In this document: positions 1 through 8,386 of the stretch, in pieces
How positions within the stretch are numbered: position 1 is the stretch's first letter
Layout: each line of letters opens with the position of its first letter
From: Hyphomicrobiaceae bacterium
Lineage (GTDB): Bacteria > Pseudomonadota > Alphaproteobacteria > Rhizobiales > Hyphomicrobiaceae
Reading direction: 5' to 3'
DNA: 24,000 nucleotides
NCBI GenBank assembly: GCA_050250815.1
Contig: JBFWNY010000009.1
Span: 1-24,000 of the forward strand
Translations under genes and position numbers: made by a program
Notes under the pieces: model-generated
What the model saw: the letters and a program-made list of their open reading frames with translations, nothing else
Told to the model about the DNA's origin: nothing
Databases searched by the model: none

Positions 1-908
1 ATGTCGACAAGGCCCGTGCTGACGGAGCGCAGGTCGTCGTGCTGCTGTCGCACGATGGGTTCGACGTCGACCAGAAGCTCGCCACCGTGGTCAACGGCAT
101 CGACGTGATCCTCACCGGCCACACACACGACTCTATCCCGCGCGCCATCGAGATCGGCAAGACGATCCTGCTCTCGTCGGGCTCGCACGGTAAGTACCTG
201 GGCCGCGTCGACCTCGAGGTGAAGGACGGCAAGGTCGTCGGCTACAGCTCAGGCATGATCCCGGTGTTCTCCGACGCCATCGAGCCGGACAAGGAGATGG
301 CGGCGAAGATCGCGGAAGTGCGCGCGCCCTACGAGAAGGAGTGCACGCGCGTCATCGCCAAGACGGACGGGCTGCTCTATCGCCGCGGCAACTTCAATGG
401 CACCTGGGACGACCTCATCTGCGAAGGCCTGATGAAGGAGCGCGACGCACAGATCTCGCTGTCGCCGGGCTTCCGCTGGGGTACGACGCTGCTGCCCGGC
501 CAGGACATCACCATCGACGACCTCTACTGCCAGACCTCGATGAGCTACCCGGCCGTCTACCGCAGCGAATTTACCGGCGCGCAGCTCCACGAGATCATGG
601 AGGACGTCTGCGACAACCTGTTCCACAAGGACCCGTTCTACCAGCAGGGGGGCGACATGGTACGCGTGGGCGGCATGGGCTACACCTGCGCGCCGAAGGA
701 AGAGAAGGGCAAGCGCATCACCGACATGACGCTCCTGGGCACGGGCGAGAAGCTGCAGGCCGACAAGAAGTACGTCGTGGCCGGCTGGGCGTCCGTCAAT
801 CCCGATACCAAGGGGCCGGCCATCTACGACCTGATGGAAAAGTTCATCACCGAGAAGAAAGTGATCGCCCCGATTACCGCGCAGACTGTCAAGGTCGTGG
901 GAATGTGA
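1..908 (+). CDS. soxB: Thiosulfohydrolase SoxB, C-terminal part (gene continues upstream of the window; reading frame starts at nt 3)
   Basis: The ORF is open from the window edge. The translation ...VVVLLSHDGFDVDQKLA..GIDVILTGHTHD... carries the metallophosphoesterase GHTHD motif, followed by a 5'-nucleotidase-like C-terminal domain typical of SoxB. High GC3. Ends TGA at 906-908. Confidence 0.85.
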   Translation, partial: VDKARADGAQVVVLLSHDGFDVDQKLATVVNGIDVILTGHTHDSIPRAIEIGKTILLSSGSHGKYLGRVDLEVKDGKVVGYSSGMIPVFSDAIEPDKEMAAKIAEVRAPYEKECTRVIAKTDGLLYRRGNFNGTWDDLICEGLMKERDAQISLSPGFRWGTTLLPGQDITIDDLYCQTSMSYPAVYRSEFTGAQLHEIMEDVCDNLFHKDPFYQQGGDMVRVGGMGYTCAPKEEKGKRITDMTLLGTGEKLQADKKYVVAGWASVNPDTKGPAIYDLMEKFITEKKVIAPITAQTVKVVGM

Positions 909-1043
909 TCGGAACGCGAGCCCGTGGCGGGTTGCGCTCGCCGGTGAAAGCATTCAGGTGGACCAGGATTGTCCTTCTCCCGGCCAAGGCTGGCAGAAGG
1001 AACACCGCCATTTTTGTTCAACGCGGCGACCAGTGGAGCACCC

Positions 1044-1841
1044 ATGTTTGCTGATGCGCACATCTATCTGGGCGTGGCGCTCGCTGGCCTTGCGAGCTTC
1101 CTGAGCCCCTGCGTGCTGCCGCTGGTGCCGCCCTACCTTGGCTATCTGGGCGGCACGACGATCGACCAGATGACCGGCGACAAAGGCATCGACCGCGCAG
1201 TGTGGCGGCGCGTCGTCACGGCTTCGATCTTCTTCGTGCTCGGCTTCTCCACCGTGTTCATCGGACTGGGTGCTGGCGCATCGTGGTTCGGACAGATCAT
1301 CCAGACCTACAAGAACCAGCTGTCGATGGTGGCCGGCATCGTCATCATCCTGTTCGGGTTGCACTTCCTGGGGCTGCTCAGGATCAACGCGCTCTACGCG
1401 GAGAAGCGCTATCACGCCGAAACGACCGGCGCGAGCTACCTGGGCGCTTACGTCATCGGCCTCGCCTTCGCGTTCGGCTGGACGCCGTGCGTCGGCCCGA
1501 TCCTGGCAACCGTCTTGGCGCTCGCCGCCAACGAAGGCTCGCTTGCGACCGGTGTGACGATGCTCGCCGCCTACTCGCTGGGGTTGGGCATCCCCTTCAT
1601 CCTCGCTGCCATCGCCATCAAGCCGTTCCTGGGTTTCATGCAGCGCTTCAAGAAGCATCTGGGCACGATGGAGAAGGTGATGGGCGTGCTGCTGGTGCTG
1701 ACCGGCCTGCTGTTCCTGACCGGATCGCTCAACTGGTTCGGCCAATGGCTAATCGAAACGTTCCCCGGTCTCGGCATGATCGAGGGCTGGGTGACGCCCG
1801 AAGGCCTGCAGAACGACATCATGCGGAAGGGCGCCGAGTAG
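1044..1841 (+). CDS. ccdA: Cytochrome c biogenesis CcdA/DsbD-family thiol-disulfide transporter (SoxV-like by position next to soxB)
   Basis: Polytopic membrane protein with the CcdA signature [16 protein letters not shown] and a second Cys motif [10 protein letters not shown]. Start chosen at ATG 1044, preceded by GGAG (1034-1037). The track ORF starts earlier, at 969. Confidence 0.85.
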   Translation: MFADAHIYLGVALAGLASFLSPCVLPLVPPYLGYLGGTTIDQMTGDKGIDRAVWRRVVTASIFFVLGFSTVFIGLGAGASWFGQIIQTYKNQLSMVAGIVIILFGLHFLGLLRINALYAEKRYHAETTGASYLGAYVIGLAFAFGWTPCVGPILATVLALAANEGSLATGVTMLAAYSLGLGIPFILAAIAIKPFLGFMQRFKKHLGTMEKVMGVLLVLTGLLFLTGSLNWFGQWLIETFPGLGMIEGWVTPEGLQNDIMRKGAE

Positions 1842-1885
1842 GCCCGTGGTGAGAGTTGCGTGATGCGTTGTGTGATCGAGGCGCC

Positions 1886-2719
1886 GTGACCCAGTCTGTG
1901 CCCATCGCGCTGACCATTGCGGGCTCCGACAGCTCCGGCGGCGCCGGCATCCAGGCCGACCTGAAGACCTTTACGGCGCTCGGTGTCTACGGCGCGAGCG
2001 TCATTGCGGCGCTGACCGCCCAGAACACGCGCGGCGTCACAGGCGTGCTCGCCACGCCACCCGACTTCATCTCGTTGCAGATCGACGCGATTGCCTCCGA
2101 TCTTTCTGTGACCGCGACCAAGACGGGCATGCTCGGCGAGGCAGCGGCGGTCGCCGCCGTATGCGACGGCCTCGAACGGCATGGTCTGGGTAAACTCGTT
2201 GTCGATCCGGTCATGGTGGCGACCAGCGGCGACGTGCTGCTCGCGCCCGATGCCATCGGCCTCGTCAAGACGCGTCTGATCCCCAAGGCCTGCGTCGTCA
2301 CGCCCAACCTCGCGGAGGCTGCCAAGCTGCTGGACGCGGAGCCCGCTTCGAGCCTCGCCGACATGGAGCGGCAGGCGGTGGATCTGCTCGCACTGGGTCC
2401 GCGCGCTGTCCTCATCAAGGGCGGGCATGCGACCGGCGAGCGCGCCATCGACATTCTGGCCGAGCACACACAGAGCGGTGCGCGGGTGCGATCCTTCGAG
2501 GTGCCCCGGATCGCGACGCGCAACACTCACGGTACCGGCTGCACCTTGTCGGCGGCCATCGCGGCCTACCTTGCCCTCGGCTTCACGCTGAACGACGCTA
2601 TCGCGGAGGCCAAGGCGTTTCTCACTGCGGCCCTGTGGTCGGGCGCGGGCTTCGACGTGGGGAGCGGCAAAGGCCCGGTCGACCACCTGCACGCAATCCG
2701 CCGAACGCCGCGCGCTTGA
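1886..2719 (+). CDS. thiD: Hydroxymethylpyrimidine/phosphomethylpyrimidine kinase ThiD
   Basis: Translation [42 protein letters not shown]-like N-terminus and C-terminal [15 protein letters not shown] motif match the ThiD/PdxK ribokinase-like family. Start is uncertain: GTG 1886 was chosen, TTG 1856 is also in frame. Confidence 0.9.
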   Translation: MTQSVPIALTIAGSDSSGGAGIQADLKTFTALGVYGASVIAALTAQNTRGVTGVLATPPDFISLQIDAIASDLSVTATKTGMLGEAAAVAAVCDGLERHGLGKLVVDPVMVATSGDVLLAPDAIGLVKTRLIPKACVVTPNLAEAAKLLDAEPASSLADMERQAVDLLALGPRAVLIKGGHATGERAIDILAEHTQSGARVRSFEVPRIATRNTHGTGCTLSAAIAAYLALGFTLNDAIAEAKAFLTAALWSGAGFDVGSGKGPVDHLHAIRRTPRA

Positions 2720-2872
2720 GGGCGCGCTGGCGGCAGCGCAACAGCCCGTAGCCAGAACGCCCGCCAGCAACGATTGAATGGGGAATGTCGTTGCGCATCG
2801 CAGCGCCGACGCCAATTTGCCTGATATGAATATGCTGCACGCGCAAGACCACGAGGAGGGCGCTCCCACGAC

Positions 2873-3436
2873 ATGAAGACCTGGAGATCGATCCACCATC
2901 GTCGCGGCTCCACCCACTGGCAGCCGAGAAACCTGGCGGTAATGGCCGGCGCCTTGGCGCTGTTCCTCAACATCATGCCAATCGCCAAGCCGGTTTCAGC
3001 CGCTGGCGAAACGGCCGCGGCGGCGCAGTCGGGTCCCCTCAACGATCTACCGGGGCGCTGGTCGGGCTGGGGCGCGATCACGCTGCCGTCCGGTCAGTCC
3101 GAGCAGGTCAAGTGCATCGCCACCTATTTCGTGCGCAACGGCGGCACGCGGATCGACCAGAACCTGCGCTGCGCGAGCGCCAGCTATCGCATCGACGCTG
3201 TCGCCGGCTTCGACATCTCGGGGGACACGGTGAAGGGGCATTGGGAGGAGCGCGCCAACGTCGCTCAGGGCAGTGTTTCGGGGCGTATGACACCGAGCGG
3301 TTTCAACTTGGCGATCCGTGGCGACAGCTTCACGGCCGCCATGTCGGTCGCTACCTCCCGCTGCAAACAGTCGATCAATATCTCGCCCGAAGGCCTGGAG
3401 ATCCGGCGCATCGCCATAGCGCTCGACAAATGCTGA
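2873..3436 (+). CDS. Hypothetical exported protein (signal-peptide-like segment, 4 Cys), function unknown
   Basis: 187-aa ORF with high GC3. Hydrophobic stretch MAGALALFLNIMPIAKPVSAAGE resembles a signal peptide with an A-x-A type site; an alternative start is ATG 2942. The mature part is predicted beta-rich with 4 cysteines, the last one as the C-terminal residue. I recognise no family motif. Confidence 0.6.
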   Translation: MKTWRSIHHRRGSTHWQPRNLAVMAGALALFLNIMPIAKPVSAAGETAAAAQSGPLNDLPGRWSGWGAITLPSGQSEQVKCIATYFVRNGGTRIDQNLRCASASYRIDAVAGFDISGDTVKGHWEERANVAQGSVSGRMTPSGFNLAIRGDSFTAAMSVATSRCKQSINISPEGLEIRRIAIALDKC

Positions 3437-3622
3437 ATCATCAAAGACTTAGAACGGTGTGGCATGCCAGCATCGCCCCCTGTCCAATCGGAGCATCGAT
3501 CAAACTTCCACCTTGATGCTCCCGCCGCCATCGAGGAATATCCGTTCGCGTTCGGCGCCATGCCGGCAACCAGCTTCCGGGGGGAAGGTCAAGCGCGATA
3601 ATTCCGCAGCTTGGCTCGGCTG

Positions 3623-3656
3623 AAAACCGGTCCGGTGTACACCGGACCGGTTTTTT
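3623..3656 (+). terminator. Strong Rho-independent (bidirectional-looking) terminator
   Basis: Perfect palindrome aaaaccggtccggtg-ta-caccggaccggtttt followed by a T6 run (3651-3656). An A-tract on the 5' side would give a U-tract on the opposite strand as well. Confidence 0.7.
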
Positions 3657-3913
3657 CATTTGGCGTTCGCTTCGACGGCATTCTCATCGCAACTCGCGAA
3701 ATTGCATTTCCGCCATCAGACTAAGTCCGTGTCTTTGCGACAACTCGTGCTTGAAATGCGACGCAACTGCGCAGCGTTTCATCAATTGGGCGTTTGAGAG
3801 GCGAGCGCCGCGCGATAGCTTCAGTTCCGAAAATTGCGTTCGGAGTCGGAACCGATCACCGAACCAGACGACACCTTTGGGGCGGCAGCCCGGTGCGGGA
3901 TACGGGGGGCAAT

Positions 3914-5200
3914 ATGCGTCGCACTCTTCTGAAGGCAGCTCTGGCGGGCACGACGGCACTCGTCGCGGGTGCCCTGGCGGTCGAGACCGTCGAGGCCGGC
4001 GGCTTCGCCATCCGCGAGCAGTCCGCTCAGTTCCAGGGCTCGTCGTTCGCTGGCTCTGCGGCGGGCGGCGGCCTCTCCTCGATGTACTGGAACCCGGCGG
4101 CGCTCGGGGAGGCTGGTTCGGGCCTGACCTCCGAGAGCCACTTCTCCGCGATCTTCGGCCAATCTCAAATGACGGTCGATGCCATCAACGGATTTCCCCC
4201 TGGTTTCGTCTTTCCCGGTGCAAGCCCGAACAGCGGTGACGTGGCTTCGCCCGCCATTGTTGGCTCCAGCTATTACGCCTACCGCCTCAATGACCGCCTG
4301 ACGCTGGGCATGTCGATGAACTCGGGTTTCGGCCTGACGACGAAGCCGCGTGATCCATTCTATGCTGGTGCAGAACTCGGTCGCACGACCAAGCTGTTCA
4401 CCATCAATGCCACGCCCACCCTCGCCTACCAGATCGCGCCTGGCATCACCATCGGCGCTGGTGTGCAGGTGCAGTATGCTCGGGCCAAGCTGTCGTTCGC
4501 GCTCGGCACGCCGGGGGCGCCCTCCGCGACCTTTGACGAAGCGGACGATATCGCATTCGGCGCAACCGCGGGCATCCTGTTCCAGCCGGCCGCCGGAACG
4601 TCCATAGGCATTGGCTACCGCTCGCAGATCACCCACGATCTGGAAGGCGTGTTCCGCATACCCGGGCCGGACATTCCCAACGTCACCGCCGAACTCAATC
4701 TGCCCGATATTGTGACCCTTTCGTTCCGGCAGGCCATCGCCGCCAACATGCGCCTGCTCGGCACCATTGAGTGGTCGAATTGGAGCCGCTTCCAGCAGCT
4801 AGTGCTGCAGGGCGTGCCCGGCATCGGCCCGGTTCCGGCCAACTGGAGCGACGGCTGGTACTTCGCGCTGGGTGGCGAGTACGACTATAGCGAGGCGATC
4901 ACGCTGCGCGCGGGTGCTGGCTACGAGATCTCGCCGGTGGACAATCCCACGAGCCGCTTCACCTCGATCCCCGATGCTGACCGTGTGTGGTTGAGCGCCG
5001 GTGCCTCCGTGAAGCTCACGGAAACGATGTCCGCCGACGTTGCCTACACACACGTGTTCATCGAGAACGCGGATTTCGACCGGATCGGTCCGCTTTCGGG
5101 GCTCAACTACACAGGCTCAGCGGAATCTCAGGTCGATATCATCTCGGCCAGCTTGAAGATGCGATGGGGTGCATCCCCGCCGCTCGAGCCCCTCAAGTAA
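3914..5200 (+). CDS. Outer-membrane transport protein, OMPP1/FadL/TodX family (hydrophobic-compound channel)
   Basis: Start at ATG 3914 after a GGGGGG SD-like run. Signal peptide MRRTLLKAALAGTTALVAGALAVETVEA. The mature N-terminus GGFAIREQSAQFQGSSFAGSAAGG...MYWNPAAL is typical of FadL-family barrels, and an alternating beta-strand pattern runs throughout. Confidence 0.85.
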   Translation: MRRTLLKAALAGTTALVAGALAVETVEAGGFAIREQSAQFQGSSFAGSAAGGGLSSMYWNPAALGEAGSGLTSESHFSAIFGQSQMTVDAINGFPPGFVFPGASPNSGDVASPAIVGSSYYAYRLNDRLTLGMSMNSGFGLTTKPRDPFYAGAELGRTTKLFTINATPTLAYQIAPGITIGAGVQVQYARAKLSFALGTPGAPSATFDEADDIAFGATAGILFQPAAGTSIGIGYRSQITHDLEGVFRIPGPDIPNVTAELNLPDIVTLSFRQAIAANMRLLGTIEWSNWSRFQQLVLQGVPGIGPVPANWSDGWYFALGGEYDYSEAITLRAGAGYEISPVDNPTSRFTSIPDADRVWLSAGASVKLTETMSADVAYTHVFIENADFDRIGPLSGLNYTGSAESQVDIISASLKMRWGASPPLEPLK

Positions 5201-5228
5201 CCTGCTGGTCATCGATGACCTGATGCGC

Positions 5229-5265
5229 GAAAGGCCGGCTCGCAAGTCCGGCCTTTCGTCTTTTC
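5229..5265 (+). terminator. Rho-independent terminator after the FadL-family gene
   Basis: Stem gaaaggccgg / ccggcctttc with a 9-nt loop, followed by gtcttttc. Confidence 0.6.
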
Positions 5266-5281
5266 TGGCGAACGATAGTCC

Positions 5282-6265
5282 GTGATACGTCAGACCCCAA
5301 CGATCGAGGACATCGAGGCGGCGCTCGAACGCATCGCCGGTCACGCCGTGCCGACACCGCTCATCTCGTTTCCCGTCCTCGACGCCGCGACCGGTGGCCG
5401 CGTGCTGATCAAGGCGGAAAACCTGCAGCGCGTGGGCGCCTTCAAGTTCCGCGGCGCCTTCAACCGTCTCTCACTCACCGACCGCACACGCTATCCTGGT
5501 GGCATCGTCGCCTGCTCCTCTGGCAATCACGCCCAGGGAGTCGCGGAGGCCGCACGCCTGCTGGGGCTTGCAGCCGTCATCGTCATGCCGTCGGATGCGC
5601 CGCGCCTCAAGATCGAGCGAACGCGCGAGGCAGGTGCGCAGGTCATCCTCTACGACCGGGCACGTGAGGACCGCGAAGCGATTGCCCGTCACGAGTCGGA
5701 CGTTCGCCGTGCCGATTTCGTCCACCCTTTCGACGATCCGGGAGTGATTGCGGGTCAGGGCACCGTAGGGCTTGAGATCGCCGCACAGGCCTTGGCACTT
5801 GGTATGTCGATCGACGACGTGCTCGTCCCCTGCTCGGGTGGAGGCCTCGCATCAGGCATCGCCATCGCCATGGACGCGCGCATGCCGGGTGCCTCGATCT
5901 GGACCGTGGAGCCGGCGACCCATGACGACATGGCCCGCTCGCTTGCAGCGGGTACCCTCCAGCACAACGACAATCCGCCACCCTCGATCGCGGATGCGCT
6001 TCTTGTGAGTGAGCCCGGCAAGCTCACGTTCGAGATCCTGAGCCGCCACGCCGCAGGCGGCCTGTCCGTCAGCGACGACGAGATTCGCGCTGCCGTGCGT
6101 TTCGCCTTCGTCGAGCTGAAGCTGGTTGTGGAGCCGGGCGGAGCCGCAGCTCTCGCGGCAGTGTTGTCGGGACGGCTCGATGCGCGCGGCCGCACCGTGG
6201 CCGTGGTGCTTTCCGGCGGCAATGTCGATCCGCAGACATTCGCGGACATCGTCACCCGGCCGTGA
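5282..6265 (+). CDS. PLP-dependent threonine/serine dehydratase (threonine ammonia-lyase / serine racemase-like, fold type II)
   Basis: GTG start. The motif NLQRVGAFKFRGAFN contains the PLP-lysine signature (S/x-F-K-x-R-G-A). CSSGNHAQG and GGGGL(A)SG glycine-loop equivalents are present. There is no C-terminal ACT regulatory domain, so it looks like the short catabolic-type enzyme. Confidence 0.85.
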   Translation: MIRQTPTIEDIEAALERIAGHAVPTPLISFPVLDAATGGRVLIKAENLQRVGAFKFRGAFNRLSLTDRTRYPGGIVACSSGNHAQGVAEAARLLGLAAVIVMPSDAPRLKIERTREAGAQVILYDRAREDREAIARHESDVRRADFVHPFDDPGVIAGQGTVGLEIAAQALALGMSIDDVLVPCSGGGLASGIAIAMDARMPGASIWTVEPATHDDMARSLAAGTLQHNDNPPPSIADALLVSEPGKLTFEILSRHAAGGLSVSDDEIRAAVRFAFVELKLVVEPGGAAALAAVLSGRLDARGRTVAVVLSGGNVDPQTFADIVTRP

Positions 6266-6302
6266 ACTTCCTCACGTCGCGGTCAAGCTTTCAGTTCTGG
6301 AA

Positions 6303-6494
6303 TTACTCAGGATCGCCGACGGCGGCATTGCGTGCCCGTGCCAGCGCGGCGAGCGTGCGCCAGTGCTCGGCGGTTGGTACGTCGGACTGGGCGGCTGCCG
6401 CGGCCTCGCCGGTGTGCCGCTGCACGAACTCTGACCAGCAGATGCGGCGCAGATTGACAGCATAGATTTGGAATTCGCGACTGCCGACGACCAT
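6303..6494 (-). CDS. Small hypothetical protein (63 aa)
   Basis: ATG preceded by a canonical GGAGG 8 nt upstream (minus-strand reading ...gccGGAGGtatttccgcATG). GC3 hand-counted at about 75%. Convergent with the dehydratase gene. I recognise no family. Confidence 0.5.
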   Translation of the reverse strand: MVVGSREFQIYAVNLRRICWSEFVQRHTGEAAAAAQSDVPTAEHWRTLAALARARNAAVGDPE

Positions 6495-6614
6495 GCGGAA
6501 ATACCTCCGGCTTCATGCCTGAGAGGAACTTACTCCGCCAGCTGATACAATCGCGTTAGACTTGACGTTACAGATATCGTGGGCGCGTTAACGCGCAGAA
6601 AACCATGCTGAGGA

Positions 6615-7364
6615 TCACGCCGCCGTCAGGCGCTTCAGTACGTCCTCGGAAACTTCGAAATTGGCGAAGACAGCCTGAACGTCATCGTCGTCCTCTAGCA
6701 TCGCCACCATCTTCATGATCGTGCGCGCCTGATCCTCGTCGACCTCCGTGGTGAGGTTGGGCTTCCAGACCGTCTTGACACTCTCGGCCTCGCCCAGCGC
6801 CTCCTCGAGCGCACCTGCGACGGTTCCCAGGTTGTCAAAGCCGCACGTCACGAAGTGCCCGTCCTCATCGGAAACCACATCGTCGGCACCGGCCTCGATG
6901 GCCGCATCGAGAACCTTCTCGGCTGAGCCGATCCCGGTTGCATACGCGATCTCGCCGACGTGGGTGAACATGTGCGCAACCGATCCCGTCGAGCCCAGGT
7001 TGCCGCCGAACTTGGTGAAGGCCGCGCGGACCGCGCCGCCGGTACGATTGCGGTTGTCGGTCAGCGCCTCGACGATGACGGCGATGCCGCCTGGCGCATA
7101 TCCCTCGTAGCGGATCTGCTCATAGGATTCCGTGTCACCGCCGGCCGCCTTCTTGATGGCCCGCTCGATGTTGTCCTTGGGCATGTTCTCAGCCCGCGCG
7201 GCCTGAATGGCGAGCCGCAGGCGCGGGTTCATGTCGGGATCGGGCATGCCCATCTTGGCCGCCACCGTAATCTCGCGCCCGAGCTTGGCGAACATCTTGG
7301 CGCGCGCGGCATCCGCGCGGCCCTTCTTGTGCATGATGTTCTTGAACGCTGAATGTCCGGCCAT
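6615..7364 (-). CDS. yebC: YebC/PmpR-family DNA-binding transcriptional regulator/translation-associated protein
   Basis: N-terminus [39 protein letters not shown] is the hallmark YebC family sequence. 249 aa is the typical length. Confidence 0.95.
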   Translation of the reverse strand: MAGHSAFKNIMHKKGRADAARAKMFAKLGREITVAAKMGMPDPDMNPRLRLAIQAARAENMPKDNIERAIKKAAGGDTESYEQIRYEGYAPGGIAVIVEALTDNRNRTGGAVRAAFTKFGGNLGSTGSVAHMFTHVGEIAYATGIGSAEKVLDAAIEAGADDVVSDEDGHFVTCGFDNLGTVAGALEEALGEAESVKTVWKPNLTTEVDEDQARTIMKMVAMLEDDDDVQAVFANFEVSEDVLKRLTAA

Positions 7365-7451
7365 GGCAGTCGCCCGTCGCTCTCGTATCCTGTCGGGATC
7401 CGCGATCCCGCTTCAAACCGCCGATCTATACAGCGAGGCCCGCGTGCCGGG

Positions 7452-8294
7452 TCAAGAGCGCGCCGTCACCGGCTCGAGCCAGAAATCGGGCAGGCTCTCC
7501 TTGAGGCGTCCGCCGATCCTCACGGCCTGAACGCGCCGCGCCAGGCCCGTCGCGTCGTCGATCTCCACCGCGAGGCCCGACAGGGTGGCCGGCCCGGACG
7601 CCGGCTCGAACCGGCCGCGCGGGATCTTGGTGATGAAACGCGTCAAAGGCTCGTCGCGCTCCATGCCCAGCACCGAATCGTAGTCGCCGCACATTCCCGC
7701 ATCGCTCATGTAGGCCGTGCCGCCCTCCAGCACCCGCTCGTCGGCGGTCGGCGTGTGCGTGTGCGTGCCCACGACCACGGAGGCGCGGCCATCGGCGAAG
7801 TGGCCCAGCGCCTGCTTTTCGCTCGTCGCCTCGGCGTGGAAGTCGATGACGATGGCATCCGCCCCTTGCTTCAGGCGGCAAGCGGTGAGCTCCGAGTCGA
7901 TGGCGCGAAACGGACAGTCGAGGTCGGCCATGAACACGCGGCCCATTGCGTTGATCACCAGGACGTCGGCACCATTGCGCGCCTTGATGAGCGCGGCACC
8001 ACGGCCTGGCGTGCCCTTGGGGAAGTTGATGGGACGCACCAGACGATCCTGACGCTCGATGAAAACGAGCGTCTCCTTCTGATCGAACGCATGATTACCG
8101 AGCGTGACGGCGTCGGCGCCCGCATCCAGAAGCTCCTCGCAGATCTTCTCGGTGATGCCGAATCCGCCCGCCGCGTTCTCACCGTTCACGACGACGAAAT
8201 CCAGGCGGTAGCGCTCGATGAGCCGCGGCAGACGCTCGGTGACGACGGCACGGCCCGTCCGCCCAACCACATCGCCCAGAAACAGGAAGCGCAT
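7452..8294 (-). CDS. ymdB: YmdB-family metallophosphoesterase (2',3'-cyclic-nucleotide phosphodiesterase-like)
   Basis: MRFLFLGDVVGRTGR...DFVVVNGENAAGGFGIT...GNH...GTHTHTPTAD motifs match the YmdB/TIGR00282-type calcineurin-like phosphoesterase. Start taken at ATG 8294 (the MRFLFLGD N-terminus typical of the family) rather than the track start at 8327. Confidence 0.9.
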   Translation of the reverse strand: MRFLFLGDVVGRTGRAVVTERLPRLIERYRLDFVVVNGENAAGGFGITEKICEELLDAGADAVTLGNHAFDQKETLVFIERQDRLVRPINFPKGTPGRGAALIKARNGADVLVINAMGRVFMADLDCPFRAIDSELTACRLKQGADAIVIDFHAEATSEKQALGHFADGRASVVVGTHTHTPTADERVLEGGTAYMSDAGMCGDYDSVLGMERDEPLTRFITKIPRGRFEPASGPATLSGLAVEIDDATGLARRVQAVRIGGRLKESLPDFWLEPVTARS

Positions 8295-8386
8295 CCTAGC
8301 CTTTCGTCTCCACGGACTGATCGACACCGCGGTCTTATCTGCGGCCCCGATGGAAGCGGCACCGCTCCCTCACGCGGTCGGGGCAG

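Noticed and set aside
1842-1885. TPP (THI-box) riboswitch upstream of thiD, and likewise upstream of the thiE-like gene (13161-13331)
   Set aside because: The thiD upstream gap is only 44 nt. In neither region did I find the conserved CTGAGA ... ACCTGATCTGGATAATGCCAGCG-like elements. The CTGAGA strings seen at about 6526 and 9294 are in unrelated contexts.
1571-2917. Long antisense or alternate-frame ORFs (1571..2917 -, 7353..8450 +, 10034..11389 -, 12756..13967 -, 15144..16145 -, 17026..18111 +, 19886..20746 +, 22211..23092 +)
   Set aside because: These are typical high-GC shadow ORFs. They lie opposite or out of frame to genes with unmistakable family motifs (thiD, ymdB, gap, fba/thiE-like, suhB, the MotA/MotB-like pair, hyi/arfB, oxidoreductase). 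Their translations are Arg/Ala/Gly/Pro-rich low-complexity sequence without recognisable domains.
3464-3601. 45-codon ORF (MPASPPVQSEHRSNFHLDAPAAIEEYPFAFGAMPATSFRGEGQAR) as a CDS feature
   Set aside because: GC3 is about 61% by hand count, below that of confident genes here. There is no clear SD and no recognisable motif. It is mentioned only as an alternative explanation for the structured region.
6583-6596. Palindrome GCGCGTTAACGCGC as the yebC terminator
   Set aside because: The stem is only 5-6 bp and no U-tract follows it on either strand. It is reported instead as a possible protein-binding site.
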